A DNA stretch of 64,000 nucleotides from the human T2T-CHM13v2.0 reference genome, Homo sapiens. The position numbers were made by a program, and so were the translations under genes. Shown piece after piece: positions 39,741-61,506 of this stretch. Under the pieces are notes generated by a model, which made no database searches, was not told the DNA's origin, and worked only from the letters and a program-made list of their open reading frames with translations. Position 1 is the first letter of the stretch. Each line of letters starts with the position of its first letter. Where the stretch lies: assembly GCF_009914755.1 (NCBI RefSeq), contig NC_060948.1; one strand, written 5' to 3'.

Positions 39741-41837
39741 AGATCCATATTTTTTAAATGAAAAAAAATTTCAAAGGTACTCTGCTTGGTACAATAATCA
39801 AATGTATAAACTGAGGAATAAAACATAACCATGAAACATACATATAACTGCATATGGAAAATACAGAGGATAATTTTTTAAATAACATATTTTGAAAGCC
39901 TTAACTAGTAATTTGAAGAGTTGGCATTTGAAAGGCCAGTATGAATATACCTTCAAAGCAGCAACACAGGTTCCCCATGAGAAAAAGCAAACACAGGGAA
40001 AATAAAACCACAAAGGTTCAATCTCTTCTGACCTTTGAAAGACACAGCACAGACAGTGGTCCTTAGGACGAAGAGCAGGAGACCCCTAATTCCGTCACCA
40101 TGGCGATAGGGCATAAACATTGCTGGGTGAGGGCACAATCCACATTGTGAGGTCCAACTGCTGCCAGGAAGACAGGAGTGCTTTTACATAGACCGAAAGG
40201 TCATTGAAGGCTCAGAGTTTTGTTTCAAGAACTGAATCCCAAGCCCACACGTTATTAGGCTGCGCTTCTTAAAACAAGTTATGAGATGGGAAAAAGGGCA
40301 CCCACAAACATACGTATACATTATGTATATAATAATATACAGTGTCATATATATAATATATATAACCTATGTATAATATTGTTTTACATCCTGCATCTTA
40401 TGTTATATATATTGTATAAAATATAATAATTGATAATATATAAGTTTTATAATTATACAATATGACATATAGTATATATTATAATTTATGACATATATAA
40501 TATATGTTATATGTCATATATAGAATATATTATACGGTTAATATACGTATTAAATATAAATTATACATTATATATATTATATATAATATATCTGTTATAT
40601 ATAATACCCATTATGCATAATATATATATTATGTCTATGTTATATATAGTATAAAACAACATATAATAATATATAATTGTATATATAAAATGCGACATAT
40701 AATATATATTATATTTTATAACATATGTAATATATATTATATATAATACGTTGTATGTATAATACCTATATTAAATATATATTATATGACTATGTTATTA
40801 ATTACATGTCACATGTGTTATATATTATATATTTTACATAGAATATACCGGTTACATACAATATATACTATGTTACCTATAATGTATAATTTATTACATG
40901 TAAAATAAAGAATGCAATATATTACGTATAATTTATAATATACCATATGTGGAATGTGATATATATAACATATAATATATGATATATGATATACAGTATA
41001 TGATATATAACATACAATATATGATTCCTAATATATATGTATACAATATATATTTTATGATATGTATTCTATATGTTTTATATTCTGTTATATATAACCA
41101 TTTGAAATTATATATAACTGTATAATATTTTATGTAAATATGTAATATAATATATATAACTATATAATATACTATATATAACTATATATTATGTTATATA
41201 TACTTTTATAACATAATTTACATAAAATATCATAATATAATATATATTATATTATTTCATATTACATAATATATATTACATATCACCCAATATAACTAAC
41301 ATACATAATATTATAATATAGATTATATTCTGTTATATTAAATATCATATATATCATGTATCATATACTCTATAATATATATTACACATTATATAATATG
41401 TATGTTGTCTATTATGTGATATATATAACTATACATATAATTATATTTTTATACATATAACTAGATAAACATGTAATTCTACATATTTTCATTTATAATA
41501 TGTAGAATTATATAATCATATATAATTATTTATATTCTATAAAAAATTTTAACATTCTATAAATTATAATATATAAAAATTATAATATGTACTACAAATA
41601 TATATATTATATATCATATATGATATAGTACCTTTGTTATATATCATAATACATATAAATGTGTATTATGTTATCTATAATTATATAATTTCATATATAA
41701 GATGTATAATATGTATCATATATTATATATGTTATGTAATATATATAGTATATATAAGATGACACAGGATAAATATTATATACTATGACATATAAAATAT
41801 ATGAGGTTATATGTTACATATAAGGCATAGCACATAA

Positions 41838-42152
<315 letters not shown>

Positions 42153-44250
42153 AGATCCATATTTTTTAAATGAAAAAAAATTTCAAAGGTACTCTGCTTG
42201 GTACAATAATCAAATGTATAAACTGAGGAATAAAACATAACCATGAAACCTACTTATAACTGCATATGGAAAATACAGAGGATAATTTTTTAAATAACAT
42301 ATTTTGAAAGCCTTAACTAGTAATTTGAAGAGTTGGCATTTGAAAGGCCAGTATGAATATACCTTCAAAGCAGCAACACAGGTTCCCCATGAGAAAAAGC
42401 AAACACAGGGAAAATAAAAACACAAAGGTTCAATCTCTTCTGACCTTTGAAAGACACAGCACAGACAGTGGTCCTTAGGACGAAGAGCAGGAGACCCCTA
42501 ATTCCGTCACCATGGCGATAGGGCATAAACATTGCTGGGTGAGGGCACAATCCACATTGTGAGGTCCAACTGCTGCCAGGAAGACAGGAGTGCTTTTACA
42601 TAGACCGAAAGGTCATTGAAGGCTCAGAGTTTTGTTTCAAGAACTGAATCCCAAGCCCACACGTTATTAGGCTGCGCTTCTTAAAACAAGTTATGAGATG
42701 GGAAAAAGGGCACCCACAAACATACGTATACATTATGTATATAATAATATACAGTGTCATATATATAATATATATAACCTATGTATAATATTGTTTTACA
42801 TCCTGCATCTTATGTTATATATATTGTATAAAATATAATAATTGATAATATATAAGTTTTATAATTATACAATATGACATATAGTATATATTATAATTTA
42901 TGACATATATAATATATGTTATATGTCATATATAGAATATATTATACGGTTAATATACGTATTAAATATAAATTATACATTATATATATTATATATAATA
43001 TATCTGTTATATATAATACCCATTATGCATAATATATATATTATGTCTATGTTATATATAGTATAAAACAACATATAATAATATATAATTGTATATATAA
43101 AATGCGACATATAATATATATTATATTTTATAACATATGTAATATATATTATATATAATACGTTGTATGTATAATACCTATATTAAATATATATTATATG
43201 ACTATGTTATTAATTACATGTCACATGTGTTATATATTATATATTTTACATAGAATATACCGGTTACATACAATACATACTATGTTACCTATAATGTATA
43301 ATTTATTACATGTAAAATAAAGAATGCAATATATTATGTATAATTTATAATATACCATATGTGGAATGTGATATATATAACATATAATATATGATATATG
43401 ATATACAGTATATGATATATAACATACAATATATGATTCCTAATATATATGGTATACAATATATATTTTATGATATGTGTTCTATATGTTTTATATTCTG
43501 TTATATATAACTATTTGAAATTATATATAACTGTATAATATTTTATGTAAATATGTAATATAATATATATAACTATATAATATACTATATATAACTATAT
43601 ATTATGTTATATATACTTTTATAACATAATTTACATAAAATATCATAATATAATATATATTATATTATTTCATATTACATAATATATATTACATATCACC
43701 CAATATAACTAACATACATAATATTATAATATAGATTATATTGTGTTATATTAAATATCATATATATCATGTATCATATATTCTATAATATATATTACAC
43801 ATTATATAATATGTATGTTGTCTATTATGTGATATATATAACTATATATATAATTATATTTTTATACATATAACTAGATAAACATGTAATTCTACATATT
43901 TTCATTTATAATATGTAGAATTATATAATCATATATAATTATTTATATTCTATAAAAAATTTTATCATTATATAAATTATAATATATAAAAATTATAATA
44001 TGTACTACAAATATATATATTATATATCATATATGATATAGTACCTTTGTTATATATCATAATACATATAAATGTGTATTATGTTATCTATAATTATATA
44101 ATTTCATATATAAGATGTATAATATATATCATATATTATATATGTTATGTAATATATATAGTATATATAAGATGACACAGGATAAATATTATATACTATG
44201 ACATATAAAATATATGAGGTTATATGTTACATATAAGGCATAGCACATAA

Positions 44251-44565
<315 letters not shown>

Positions 44566-46671
44566 AGATCCATATTTTTTAAATGAAAAAAAATTTCAAA
44601 GGTACTCTGCTTGGTACAATAATCAAATGTATAAACTGAGGAATAAAACATAACCATGAAACCTACTTATAACTGCATATGGAAAATACAGAGGATAATT
44701 TTTTAAATAACATATTTTGAAAGCCTTAACTAGTAATTTGAAGAGTTGGCATTTGAAAGGCCAGTATGAATATACCTTCAAAGCAGCAACACAGGTTCCC
44801 CATGAGAAAAAGCAAACACAGGGAAAATAAAACCACAAAGGTTCAATCTCTTCTGACCTTTGAAAGACACAGCACAGACAGTGGTCCTTAGGACGAAGAG
44901 CAGGAGACCCCTAATTCCGTCACCATGGCGATAGGGCATAAACATTGCTGGGTGAGGGCACAATCCACATTGTGAGGTCCAACTGCTGCCAGGAAGACAG
45001 GAGTGCTTTTACATAGACCGAAAGGTCATTGAAGGCTCAGAGTTTTGTTTCAAGAACTGAATCCCAAGCCCACACGTTATTAGGCTGCGCTTCTTAAAAC
45101 AAGTTATGAGATGGGAAAAAGGGCACCCACAAACATACGTATACATTATGTATATAATAATATACAGAATCATATATATAATATATATAACCTATGTATA
45201 ATATTGTTTTACATCCTGCATCTTATGTTATATATATTGTATAAAATATAATAATTGATAATATATAAGTTTTATAATTATACAATATGACATATAGTAT
45301 ATATTATAATTTATGACATATATAATATATGTTATATGTCATATATAGAATATATTATACGGTTAATATACGTATTAAATATAAATTATACATTATATAT
45401 ATTATATATAATATATCTGTTATATATAATACCCATTATGCATAATATATATATTATGTCTATGTTATATATAGTATAAAACAACATATAATAATATATA
45501 ATTGTATATATAAAATGCGACATATAATATATATTATATTTTATAACATATGTAATATATATTATATATTATATATAATACGTTGTATGTATAATACCAA
45601 TATTAAATATATATTATATGACTATGTTATTAATTACATGTCACATGTGTTATATATTATATATTTTACATAGAATATACCGGTTACATACAATATATAC
45701 TATGTTACCTATAATGTATAATTTATTACATGTAAAATAAAGAATGCAATATATTATGTATAATTTATAATATACCATATGTGGAATATGATATATATAA
45801 CATATAATATATGATATATGATATACTGTATATGATATATAACATACAATATATGATTCCTAATATATATGGTATACAATATATATTTTATGATATGTAT
45901 TCTACATGTTTTATATTCTGTTATATATAACTATTTGAAATTATATATAACTGTATAATATTTTATGTAAATATGTAATATAATATATATAACTATATAA
46001 TATACCAATATATAACTATATATTATGTTATATATACTTTTATAACATAATTTACATAAAATATCATAATATAATATATATTATATTATTTCATATTACA
46101 TAATATATATTACATATCACCCAATATAACTAACATACATAATATTATAATATAGATTATATTGTGTTATATTAAATATCATATATATCATGTATCATAT
46201 ATTCTATAATATATATTACAAATTATATAATATGTATGTTGTCTATTATGTGATATATATAACTATATATATAATTATATTTTTATACATATAACTAGAT
46301 AAACATGTAATTCTACATATTTTCATTTATAATATGTAGAATTATATAATCATATAGAATTATTTATATTCTATAAAAAATTTTATCATTATATAAATTA
46401 TAATATATAAAAATTATAATATGTACTACAAATATATATATTATATATCATATATGATATAGTACCTTTGTTATATATCATAATACATATAAATGTGTAT
46501 TATGTTATCTATAATTATATAATTTCATATATAAGATGTATAATATGTATCATATATTATATATGTTATGTAATATATATAGTATATATAAGATGACACA
46601 GGATAAATATTATATACTATGACATATAAAATATATGAGGTTATATGTTACATATAAGGCATAGCACATAA

Positions 46672-46986
<315 letters not shown>

Positions 46987-49091
46987 AGATCCATATTTTT
47001 TAAATGAAAAAAAATTTCAAAGGTACTCTGCTTTGTACAATAATCAAATGTATAAACTGAGGAATAAAACATAACCATGAAACCTACTTATAACTGCATA
47101 TGGAAAATACAGAGGATAATTTTTTAAATAACATATTTTGAAAGCCTTAACTAGTAATTTGAAGAGTTGGCATTTGAAAGGCCAGTATGAATATACCTTC
47201 AAAGCAGCAACACAGGTTCCCCATGAGAAAAAGCAAACACAGGGAAAATAAAAACACAAAGGTTCAATCTCTTCTGACCTTTGAAAGACACAGCACAGAC
47301 AGTGGTCCTTAGGACGAAGAGCAGGAGACCCCTAATTCCGTCACCATGGCGATAGGGCATAAACATTGCTGGGTGAGGGCACAATCCACATTGTGAGGTC
47401 CAAGTGCTGCCAGGAAGACAGGAGTGCTTTTACATAGACCGAAAGGTCATTGAAGGCTCAGAGTTTTGTTTCAAGAACTGAATCCCAAGCCCACATGTTA
47501 TTAGGCTGCGCTTCTTAAAACAAGTTATGAGATGGGAAAAAGGGCACCCACAAACATACGTATACATTATGTATATAATAATATACAGTATCATATATAT
47601 AATATATATAACCTATGTATAATATTGTTTTACATCCTGCATCTTATGTCATATATATTGTATAAAATATAATAATTGATAATATATAAGTTTTATAATT
47701 CTACAATATGACATATAGTATATATTATAATTTATGACATATATAATATATGTCATATATCATATATAGAATATATTATACGGTTAATATACGTATTAAA
47801 TATAAATTATACGTTATATATATTATATATAATATATCTGTTATATATAATACCCATTATGCATAATATATATATTATGTCTATGTTATATATAGTATAA
47901 AACAACATATAATAATATATAATTGTATATATAAAATGCGACATATAATATATATTATATTTTATAACATATGTAATATATATTATATATTATCTATAAT
48001 ACGTTGTATGTATAATACCTATATTAAATATATATTATATGACTATGTTATTAATTACATGTCACATGTGTTATATATTATATATTTTACATAGAATATA
48101 CCGGTTACATACAATATATACTATGTTACCTATAATGTATAATTTATTACATGTAAAATAAAGAATGCAATATATTATGTATAATTTATAATATACCATA
48201 TGTGGAATGTGATATATATAACATATAATGTATGATATATGATATACAGTATATGATATATAACATACAATATATGATTCCTAATATATATGGTATACAA
48301 TATATATTTTATGATATGTATTCTATATGTTTTATATTCTGTTATATATAACTATTTGAAATTATATATAACTGTATAATATTTTATGTAAATATGTAAT
48401 ATAATATATATAACTATATAATATATTATATATAACTATATATTATGTTATATATACTTTTATAACATAATTTACATAAAATATCATAATATAATCTATA
48501 TTATATTATTTCATATTACATAATATATATTACATATCACTCAATATAACTAACATACATAATATTATAATATAGATTATATTGTGTTATATTAAATATC
48601 ATATATATCATGTATCATATATTCTATAATATATATTACACATTATATAATATGTATGTTGTCTATTATGTGATATATATAACTCTATATATAATTATAT
48701 TTTTATACATATAACTAGATAAACATGTAATTCTACATATTTTCATTTATAATATGTAGAATTATATAATCATATATAATTATTTATATTCTATAAAAAA
48801 TTTTATCATTCTATAAATTATAATATATAAAAATTATAATATGTACTACAAATATATATATTATATATCACATATGATATAGTACCTTTGTTATATATCA
48901 TAATACATATAAATGTGTATTATGTTATCTATAATTATATAATTTCATATATAAGATGTATAATATGTATCATATATTATATATGTTATGTAACATATAT
49001 AGTATATATAAGATGACACAGGATAAATATTATATACTATGACATATAAAAAATATGAGGTTATATGTTACATATAAGGCATAGCACATAA

Positions 49092-49406
<315 letters not shown>

Positions 49407-51511
49407 AGATCCATATTTTTTAAATGAAAAAAAATTTCAAAGGTACTCTGCTTGGTACAATAATCAAATGTATAAACTGAGGAATAAAACATAACCATGA
49501 AACCTACTTATAACTGCATATGGAAAATACAGAGGATAATTTTTTAAATAACATATTTTGAAAGCCTTAACTAGTAATTTGAAGAGTTGGCATTTGAAAG
49601 GCCAGTATGAATATACCTTCAAAGCAGCAACACAGGTTCCCCATGAGAAAAAGCAAACACAGGGAAAATAAAAACACAAAGGTTCAATCTCTTCTGACCT
49701 TTGAAAGACACAGCACAGACAGTGGTCCTTAGGACGAAGAGCAGGAGACCCCTAATTCCGTCACCATGGCGATAGGGCATAAACATTGCTGGGTGAGGGC
49801 ACAATCCACATTGTGAGGTCCAAGTGCTGCCAGGAAGACAGGAGTGCTTTTACATAGACCGAAAGGTCATTGAAGGCTCAGAGTTTTGTTTCAAGAACTG
49901 AATCCCAAGCCCACACGTTATTAGGCTGCGCTTCTTAAAACAAGTTATGAGATGGGAAAAAGGGCACCCACAAACATACGTATACATTATGTATATAATA
50001 ATATACAGTATCATATATATAATATATATAACCTATGTATAATATTGTTTTACATCCTGCATCTTATGTTATATATATTGTATAAAATATAATAATTGAT
50101 AATATATAAGTTTTATAATTCTACAATATGACATATAGTATATATTATAATTTATGACATATATAATATATGTCATATATCATATATAGAATATATTATA
50201 CGGTTAATATACGTATTAAATATAAATTATACGTTATATATATTATATATAATATATCTGTTATATATAATACCCATTATGCATAATATATATATTATGT
50301 CTATGTTATATATAGTATAAAACAACATATAATAATATATAATTGTATATATAAAATGCGACATATAATATATATTATATTTTATAACATATGTAATATA
50401 TATTATATATTATCTATAATACGTTGTATGTATAATACCTATATTAAATATATATTATATGACTATGTTATTAATTACATGTCACATGTGTTATATATTA
50501 TATATTTTACATAGAATATACCGGTTACATACAATGTATACTATGTTACCTATAATGTATAATTTATTACATGTAAAATAAAGAATGCAATATATTATGT
50601 ATAATTTATAATATACCATATGTGGAATGTGATATATATAACATATAATATATGATATATGATATACAGTATATGATATATAACATACAATATATGATTC
50701 CTAATATATATGGTATACAATATATATTTTATGATATGTATTCTATATGTTTTATATTCTGTTATATATAACTATTTGAAATTATATATAACTGTATAAT
50801 ATTTTATGTAAATATGTAATATAATATATATAACTATATAATATATTATATATAACTATATATTATGTTATATATACTTTTATAACATAATTTACATAAA
50901 ATATCATAATATAATATATATTATATTATTTCATATTACATAATATATATTACATATCACTCAATATAACTAACATACATAATATTATAATATAGATTAT
51001 ATTGTGTTATATTAAATATCATATATATCATGTATCATATATTCTATAATATATATTACACATTATATAATATGTATGTTGTCTATTATGTGATATATAT
51101 AACTCTATATATAATTATATTTTTATACATATAACTAGATAAACATGTAATTCTACATATTTTCATTTATAATATGTAGAATTATATAATCATATAGAAT
51201 TATTTATATTCTATAAAAAATTTTATCATTATATAAATTATAATATATAAAAATTATAATATGTACTACAAATATATATATCATATATCATATATGATAT
51301 AGTACCTTTGTTATATATCATAATACATATAAATGTGTATTATGTTATCTATAATTATATAATTTCATATATAAGATGTATAATATGTATCATATATTAT
51401 ATATGTTATGTAATATATATAGTATATATAAGATGACACAGGATAAATATTATATACTATGACATATAAAATATATGAGGTTATATGTTACATATAAGGC
51501 ATAGCACATAA

Positions 51512-51826
<315 letters not shown>

Positions 51827-53931
51827 AGATCCATATTTTTTAAATGAAAAAAAATTTCAAAGGTACTCTGCTTGGTACAATAATCAAATGTATAAACTGA
51901 GGAATAAAACATAACCATGAAACCTACTTATAACTGCATATGGAAAATACAGAGGATAATTTTTTAAATAACATATTTTGAAAGCCTTAACTAGTAATTT
52001 GAAGAGTTGGCATTTGAAAGGCCAGTATGAATATACCTTCAAAGCAGCAACACAGTTTCCCCATGAGAAAAAGCAAACACAGGGAAAATAAAAACACAAA
52101 GGTTCAATCTCTTCTGACCTTTGAAAGACACAGCACAGACAGTGGTCCTTAGGACGAAGAGCAGGAGACCCCTAATTCCGTCACCATGGCGATAGGGCAT
52201 AAACATTGCTGGGTGAGGGCACAATCCACATTGTGAGGTCCAAGTGCTGCCAGGAAGACAGGAGTGCTTTTACATAGACCGAAAGGTCATTGAAGGCTCA
52301 GAGTTTTGTTTCAAGAACTGAATCCCAAGCCCACATGTTATTAGGCTGCGCTTCTTAAAACAAGTTATGAGATGGGAAAAAGGGCACCCACAAACATACG
52401 TATACATTATGTATATAATAATATACAGTATCATATATATAATATATATAACCTATGTATAATATTGTTTTACATCCTGCATCTTATGTTATATATATTG
52501 TATAAAATATAATAATTGATAATATATAAGTTTTATAATTCTACAATATGACATATAGTATATATTATAATTTATGACATATATAATATATGTCATATAT
52601 CATATATAGAATATATTATACGGTTAATATACGTATTAAATATAAATTATACGTTATATATATTATATATAATATATCTGTTATATATAATACCCATTAT
52701 GCATAATATATATATTATGTCTATGTTATATATAGTATAAAACAACATATAATAATATATAATTGTATATATAAAATGCGACATATAATATATATTATAT
52801 TTTATAACATATGTAATATATATTATATATTATCTATAATACGTTGTATGTATAATACCTATATTAAATATATATTATATGACTATGTTATTAATTACAT
52901 GTCACATGTGTTATATATTATATATTTTACATAGAATATACCGGTTACATACAATATATACTATGTTACCTATAATGTATAATTTATTACATGTAAAATA
53001 AAGAATGCAATATATTATGTATAATTTATAATATACCATATGTGGAATGTGATATATATAACATATAATATATGATATATGATATACAGTATATGATATA
53101 TAACATACAATATATGATTCCTAATATATATGGTATACAATATATATTTTATGATATGTATTCTATATGTTTTATATTCTGTTATATATAACTATTTGAA
53201 ATTATATATAACTGTATAATATTTTATGTAAATATGTAATATAATATATATAACTATATAATATATTATATATAACTATATATTATGTTATATATACTTT
53301 TATAACATAATTTACATAAAATATCATAATATAATCTATATTATATTATTTCATATTACATAATATATATTACATATCACCCAATATAACTAACATACAT
53401 AATATTATAATATAGATTATATTGTGTTATATTAAATATCATATATATCATGTATCATATATTCTACAATATATATTACACATTATATAATATGTATGTT
53501 GTCTATTATGTGATATATATAACTCTATATATAATTATATTTTTATACATATAACTAGATAAACATGTAATTCTACATATTTTCATTTATAATATGTAGA
53601 ATTATATAATCATATATAATTATTTATATTCTATAAAAAATTTTATCATTCTATAAATTATAATATATAAAAATTATAATATGTACTACAAATATATATA
53701 TTATATATCACATATGATATAGTACCTTTGTTATATATCATAATACATATAAATGTGTATTATGTTATCTATAATTATATAATTTCATATATAAGATGTA
53801 TAATATGTATCATATATTATATATGTTATGTAACATATATAGTATATATAAGATGACACAGGATAAATATTTTATACTATGACATATAAAAAATATGAGG
53901 TTATATGTTACATATAAGGCATAGCACATAA

Positions 53932-54246
<315 letters not shown>

Positions 54247-56351
54247 AGATCCATATTTTTTAAATGAAAAAAAATTTCAAAGGTACTCTGCTTGGTACAA
54301 TAATCAAATGTATAAACTGAGGAATAAAACATAACCATGAAACCTACTTATAACTGCATATGGAAAATACAGAGGATAATTTTTTAAATAACATATTTTG
54401 AAAGCCTTAACTAGTAATTTGAAGAGTTGGCATTTGAAAGGCCAGTATGAATATACCTTCAAAGCAGCAACACAGGTTCCCCATGAGAAAAAGCAAACAC
54501 AGGGAAAATAAAAACACAAAGGTTCAATCTCTTCTGACCTTTGAAAGACACAGCACAGACAGTGGTCCTTAGGACGAAGAGCAGGAGACCCCTAATTCCG
54601 TCACCATGGCGATAGGGCATAAACATTGCTGGGTGAGGGCACAATCCACATTGTGAGGTCCAAGTGCTGCCAGGAAGACAGGAGTGCTTTTACATATACC
54701 GAAAGGTCATTGAAGGCTCAGAGTTTTGTTTCAAGAACTGAATCCCAAGCCCACACGTTATTAGGCTGCGCTTCTTAAAACAAGTTATGAGATGGGAAAA
54801 AGGGCACCCACAAACATACGTATACATTATGTATATAATAATATACAGTATCATATATATAATATATATAACCTATGTATAATATTGTTTTACATCCTGC
54901 ATCTTATGTTATATATATTGTATAAAATATAATAATTGATAATATATAAGTTTTATAATTCTACAATATGACATATAGTATATATTATAATTTATGACAT
55001 ATATAATATATGTCATATATCATATATAGAATATATTATACGGTTAATATACGTATTAAATATAAATTATACGTTATATATATTATATATAATATATCTG
55101 TTATATATAATACCCATTATGCATAATATATATATTATGTCTATGTTATATATAGTATAAAACAACATATAATAATATATAATTGTATATATAAAATGCG
55201 ACATATAATATATATTATATTTTATAACATATGTAATATATATTATATATTATCTATAATACGTTGTATGTATAATACCTATATTAAATATATATTATAT
55301 GACTATGTTATTAATTACATGTCACATGTGTTATATATTATATATTTTACATAGAATATACCGGTTACATACAATATATACTATGTTACCTATAATGTAT
55401 AATTTATTACATGTAAAATAAAGAATGCAATATATTATGTATAATTTATAACATACCATATGTGGAATGTGATATATATAACATATAATATATGATATAT
55501 GATATACAGTATATGATATATAACATACAATATATGATTCCTAATATATATGGTATACAATATATATTTTATGATATGTATTCTATATGTTTTATATTCT
55601 GTTATATATAACTATTTGAAATTATATATAACTGTATAATATTTTATGTAAATATGTAATATAATATATATAACTATATAATATATTATATATAATTATA
55701 TATTATGTTATATATACTTTTATAACATAATTTACATAAAATATCATAATATAATCTATATTATATTATTTCATATTACATAATATATATTACATATCAC
55801 CCAATATAACTAACATACATAATATTATAATATAGATTATATTGTGTTATATTAAATATCATATATATCATGTATCATACATTCTATAATATATATTACA
55901 CATTATATAATATGTATGTTGTCTATTATGTGATATATATAACTCTATATATAATTATATTTTTATACATATAACTAGATAAACATGTAATTCTACATAT
56001 TTTCATTTATAATATGTAGAATTATATAATCATATATAATTATTTATATTCTATAAAAAATTTTATCATTCTATAAATTATAATATATAAAAATTATAAT
56101 ATGTACTACAAATATATATATTATATATCACATATGATATAGTACCTTTGTTATATATCATAATACATATAAATGTGTATTATGTTATCTATAATTATAT
56201 AATTTCATATATAAGATGTATAATATGTATCATATATTATATATGTTATGTAACATATATAGTATATATAAGATGACACAGGATAAATATTATATACTAT
56301 GACATATAAAATATGTGAGGTTATATGTTACATATAAGGCATAGCACATAA

Positions 56352-56666
<315 letters not shown>

Positions 56667-58771
56667 AGATCCATATTTTTTAAATGAAAAAAAATTTCAA
56701 AGGTACTCTGCTTGGTACAATAATCAAATGTATAAACTGAGGAATAAAACATAACCATGAAACCTACTTATAACTGCATATGGAAAATACAGAGGATAAT
56801 TTTTTAAATAACATATTTTGAAAGCCTTAACTAGTAATTTGAAGAGTTGGCATTTGAAAGGCCAGTATGAATATACCTTCAAAGCAGCAACACAGGTTCC
56901 CCATGAGAAAAAGCAAACACAGGGAAAATAAAAACACAAAGGTTCAATCTCTTCTGACCTTTGAAAGACACAGCACAGACAGTGGTCCTTAGGACGAAGA
57001 GCAGGAGACCCCTAATTCCGTCACCATGGCGATAGGGCATAAACATTGCTGGGTGAGGGCACAATCCACATTGTGAGGTCCAACTGCTGCCAGGAAGACA
57101 GGAGTGCTTTTACATAGACCGAAAGGTCATTGAAGGCTCAGAGTTTTGTTTCAAGAACTGAATCCCAAGCCCACACGTTATTAGGCTGCGCTTCTTAAAA
57201 CAAGTTATGAGATGGGAAAAAGGGCACCCACAAACATACGTATACATTATGTATATAATAATACACAGTATCATATATATAATATATATAACCTATGTAT
57301 AATATTGTTTTACATCCTGCATCTTATGTTATATATATTGTATAAAATATAATAATTGATAATATATAAGTTTTATAATTATACAATATGACATATAGTA
57401 TATATTATAATTTATGACATATATAATATATGTCATATATCATATATAGAATATATTATACGGTTAATATACGTATTAAATATAAATTATACGTTATATA
57501 TATTATATATAATATATCTGTTATATATAATACCCATTATGCATAATATATATATTATATCTATGTTATATATAGTATAAAACAACATATAATAATATAT
57601 AATTGTATATATAAAATGCGACATATAATATATATTATATTTTATAACATATGTAATATATATTATATATTATATATAATACGTTGTATGTATAATACCT
57701 ATATTAAATATATATTATATGACTATGTTATTAATTACATGTCACATGAGTTATATATTATATATTTTACATAGAATATACCGGTTACATACAATATATA
57801 CTATGTTACCTACAATGTATAATTTATTACATGTAAAATAAAGAATGCAGTATATTATGTATAATTTATAATATACAATATGTGGAATGTGATATATATA
57901 ACATATAATATATGATATATGATATACAGTATATGATATATAACATACAATATATGATTCCTAATATATATGGTATACAATATATATTTTATGATATGTA
58001 TTCTATATGTTTTATATTCTGTTATATATAACTATTTGAAATTATACATAACTGTATAATATTTTATGTAAATATGTAATATAATATATATAACTATATA
58101 ATATATTATATATAACTATATATTATGTTATATATACTTTTATAACATAATTTACATAAAATATCATAATATAATGTATAATATATTATTTCATATTACA
58201 TAATATATATTACATATCACCCAATATAACTAACATACATAATATTATAATATAGATTATATTATGTTATATTATATATCATATATATCATGTATCATAT
58301 ATTCTATAATATATATTACACATTATATAATATGTATGTTGTCTATTATGTGATATATATAACTCTATATATAATTATATTTTTATACATATAACTAGAT
58401 AAACATGTAATTCTACATATTTTCATTTATAATATGTAGAATTATATAATCATATATAATTATTTATATTCTATAAAAAATTTTATCATTATATAAATTA
58501 TAATATATAAAAATTATAATATGTACTACAAATATATATATTATATATCATATATGATATAGTACCTTTGTTATATATCATAATACATATAAATGTGTAT
58601 TATGTTATCTATAATTATATAATTTCATATATAAGATGTATAATATGTATCATATATTATATATGTTATGTAATATATATAGTATATATAAGATGACACA
58701 GGATAAATATTATATACTATGACATATAAAAAATATGAGGTTATATGTTACATATAAGGCATAGCACATAA

Positions 58772-59086
<315 letters not shown>

Positions 59087-61191
59087 AGATCCATATTTTT
59101 TAAATGAAAAAAAATTTCAAAGGTACTCTGCTTGGTACAATAATCAAATGTATAAACTGAGGAATAAAACATAACCATGAAACCTACTTATAACTGCATA
59201 TGGAAAATACAGAGGATAATTTTTTAAATAACATATTTTGAAAGCCTTAACTAGTAATTTGAAGAGTTGGCATTTGAAAGGCCAGTATGAATATACCTTC
59301 AAAGCAGCAACACAGGTTCCCCATGAGAAAAAGCAAACACAGGGAAAATAAAAACACAAAGGTTCAATCTCTTCTGACCTTTGAAAGACACAGCACAGAC
59401 AGTGGTCCTTAGGACGAAGAGCAGGAGACCCCTAATTCCGTCACCATGGCGATAGGGCATAAACATTGCTGGGTGAGGGCACAATCCACATTGTGAGGTC
59501 CAAGTGCTGCCAGGAAGACAGGAGTGCTTTTACATAGACCGAAAGGTCATTGAAGGCTCAGAGTTTTGTTTCAAGAACTGAATCCCAAGCCCACACGTTA
59601 TTAGGCTGCGCTTCTTAAAACAAGTTATGAGATGGGAAAAAGGGCACCCACAAACATACGTATACATTATGTATATAATAATACACAGTATCATATATAT
59701 AATATATATAACCTATGTATAATATTGTTTTACATCCTGCATCTTATGTTATATATATTGTATAAAATATAATAATTGATAATATATAAGTTTTATAATT
59801 ATACAATATGACATATAGTATATATTATAATTTATGACATATATAATATATGTCATATATCATATATAGAATATATTATACGGTTAATATACGTATTAAA
59901 TATAAATTATACGTTATATATATTATATATAATATATCTGTTATATATAATACCCATTATGCATAATATATATATTATATCTATGTTATATATAGTATAA
60001 AACAACATATAATAATATATAATTGTATATATAAAATGCGACATATAATATATATTATATTTTATAACATATGTAATATATATTATATATTATATATAAT
60101 ACGTTGTATGTATAATACCTATATTAAATATATATTATATGACTATGTTATTAATTACATGTCACATGAGTTATATATTATATATTTTACATAGAATATA
60201 CCGGTTACATACAATATATACTATGTTACCTACAATGTATAATTTATTACATGTAAAATAAAGAATGCAGTATATTATGTATAATTTATAATATACAATA
60301 TGTGGAATGTGATATATATAACATATAATATATGATATATGATATACAGTATATGATATATAACATACAATATATGATTCCTAATATATATGGTATACAA
60401 TATATATTTTATGATATGTATTCTATATGTTTTATATTCTGTTATATATAACTATTTGAAATTATACATAACTGTATAATATTTTATGTAAATATGTAAT
60501 ATAATATATATAACTATATAATATATTATATATAACTATATATTATGTTATATATACTTTTATAACATAATTTACATAAAATATCATAATATAATGTATA
60601 ATATATTATTTCATATTACATAATATATATTACATATCACCCAATATAACTAACATACATAATATTATAATATAGATTATATTATGTTATATTATATATC
60701 ATATATATCATGTATCATATATTCTATAATATATATTACACATTATATAATATGTATGTTGTCTATTATGTGATATATATAACTCTATATATAATTATAT
60801 TTTTATACATATAACTAGATAAACATGTAATTCTACATATTTTCATTTATAATATGTAGAATTATATAATCATATATAATTATTTATATTCTATAAAAAA
60901 TTTTATCATTATATAAATTATAATATATAAAAATTATAATATGTACTACAAATATATATATTATATATCATATATGATATAGTACCTTTGTTATATATCA
61001 TAATACATATAAATGTGTATTATGTTATCTATAATTATATAATTTCATATATAAGATGTATAATATGTATCATATATTATATATGTTATGTAATATATAT
61101 AGTATATATAAGATGACACAGGATAAATATTATATACTATGACATATAAAAAATATGAGGTTATATGTTACATATAAGGCATAGCACATAA

Positions 61192-61506
<315 letters not shown>
